Source: Nemertoderma westbladi (Eukaryota > Animalia > Xenacoelomorpha). Taken from it: a stretch of 64,000 bases of DNA. The position numbers were made by a program, and so were the translations under genes. How positions within the stretch are numbered: position 1 is the stretch's first letter; each line of letters begins with the position of its first letter. Below, in pieces: positions 63,002 through 64,000 of this stretch. The stretch spans positions 1 to 64,000 of the forward strand of contig JAUCBJ010000331.1 of assembly GCA_032718475.1 (NCBI GenBank). Direction: 5' to 3'. The notes beneath the pieces were generated by a model that did no database searches, had not been told where the DNA came from, and saw only the letters and a list, made by a program, of their open reading frames with translations.

Positions 63002-63560
63002 CTGTATATATATTCCCCTCGCCCGCAAGGTACCGTTACAGGTGTTTTAACGGACATAAAAGTCATTCTGCTATATACGTGTTTTAGCGGACATGGTAAG
63101 GCAAAAAACCTGCAATGCACCAAATACCTTTCACAGCTTAGCCGTGATGATTCATATTACGACATCTAACAGCTGGTTGCTGACATGGAAACAGCCATTG
63201 GATGCATGGTTCTTTGTTTGGCTTGAGCCAATCAGAGCGTTTTTTCCTGTCGACGTGTAGCTTTTCGGCCGATCATAAGGAGAGTGTTCAGTCTTACTGT
63301 TTTTACTTGATACTTTGTTGTTATTGCTGTCTAAGCTAGAAACACCGGCTCTAAGAACTCTAGTAAAACTGCTTAGATTATAGAAAGTATAACTGTTACC
63401 GGCGGTGTTACCTCACTTAATTTAACTGCACTAATCATATTGTTTGTACTGCTATTTACCGTCAGTTATTAATTGTATCTATTTGTTGATGGAAATATTG
63501 CTCTTTGGAGAATACGGATAAATCACCCAAAATTCCCAATTTTCTTGATACACTACAGGT

Positions 63561-64000
63561 TAGGGGCCGTCCAAGTATGACGTCAGCACTTTAGGGGGGG
63601 TAGGGGGGTTGGGAAAATCTGATGACGTGCTGATGAGGGGAGGGGAGGGGGTCAGCCAAAATCTGACGTCAGCATGTTCATTTATAGGTGCTAGAAGAGA
63701 TATAGCAGAAGAGTAAATAGCTTGCCTATTTTAATTGTTCGAAGGCCCCTACTGCCCTAGCACAACCTTCTGTTTCAGTTACCAGTCACCATGTTTCAGT
63801 GATTAGGACGCGTGCTACTGGGGTACTGCGGTACTGGGGTTCGCCTGAAAATGAAACATCTTCATAATAAAAAAAAATAAAATAAAAAAATTTTTGTAAT
63901 AAACTATTAAGTTTATTACAAATTTTTTTTTAATCTGATTTAGGGGGGGGGGGGGGGGTCAACGCCTATCTGATGACATCTGATTTAGGGGAGGGAGGGG
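63561..64000. mobile_element. MITE-like DNA element running off the window end
   Basis: Starts TAGGGGCCGTCCAAGTATGACGTCAGCA, with repeated TGACGTCAG and CTGATGAC motifs and G tracts that recur near 63930-64000. Confidence 0.4.

Overview
Eukaryotic, most likely invertebrate animal, genomic DNA: AT-rich, with spliceosomal introns and many transposon remnants. I can identify two host genes. One is an intronless-CDS HMGB-type gene (1265-1798). The other is a three-exon CKS1/Suc1-family gene (11177-35166) that the ORF track misses. Its 22.8-kb second intron is almost all satellite. First come 197 exact-length 38-bp copies of the exon 2 end plus its own 5' splice site, whose common variants are all synonymous in the CKS frame. 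Next come about 700 copies of a 20-bp unit carrying TACTTACCT, the U1 snRNA 5'-end sequence and so antisense to those donors, interrupted by a 5'-truncated CRE-like LINE. Downstream lie a 6-kb 16-bp satellite and two divergent BEL/Pao LTR retrotransposons, one nearly intact and one decayed. Each has an extra ORF after pol resembling a DEDDy 3'-5' exonuclease, and each has repeated RNA-structure-like motifs in its non-coding parts. All family calls come from motif recognition by eye; no searches were run.
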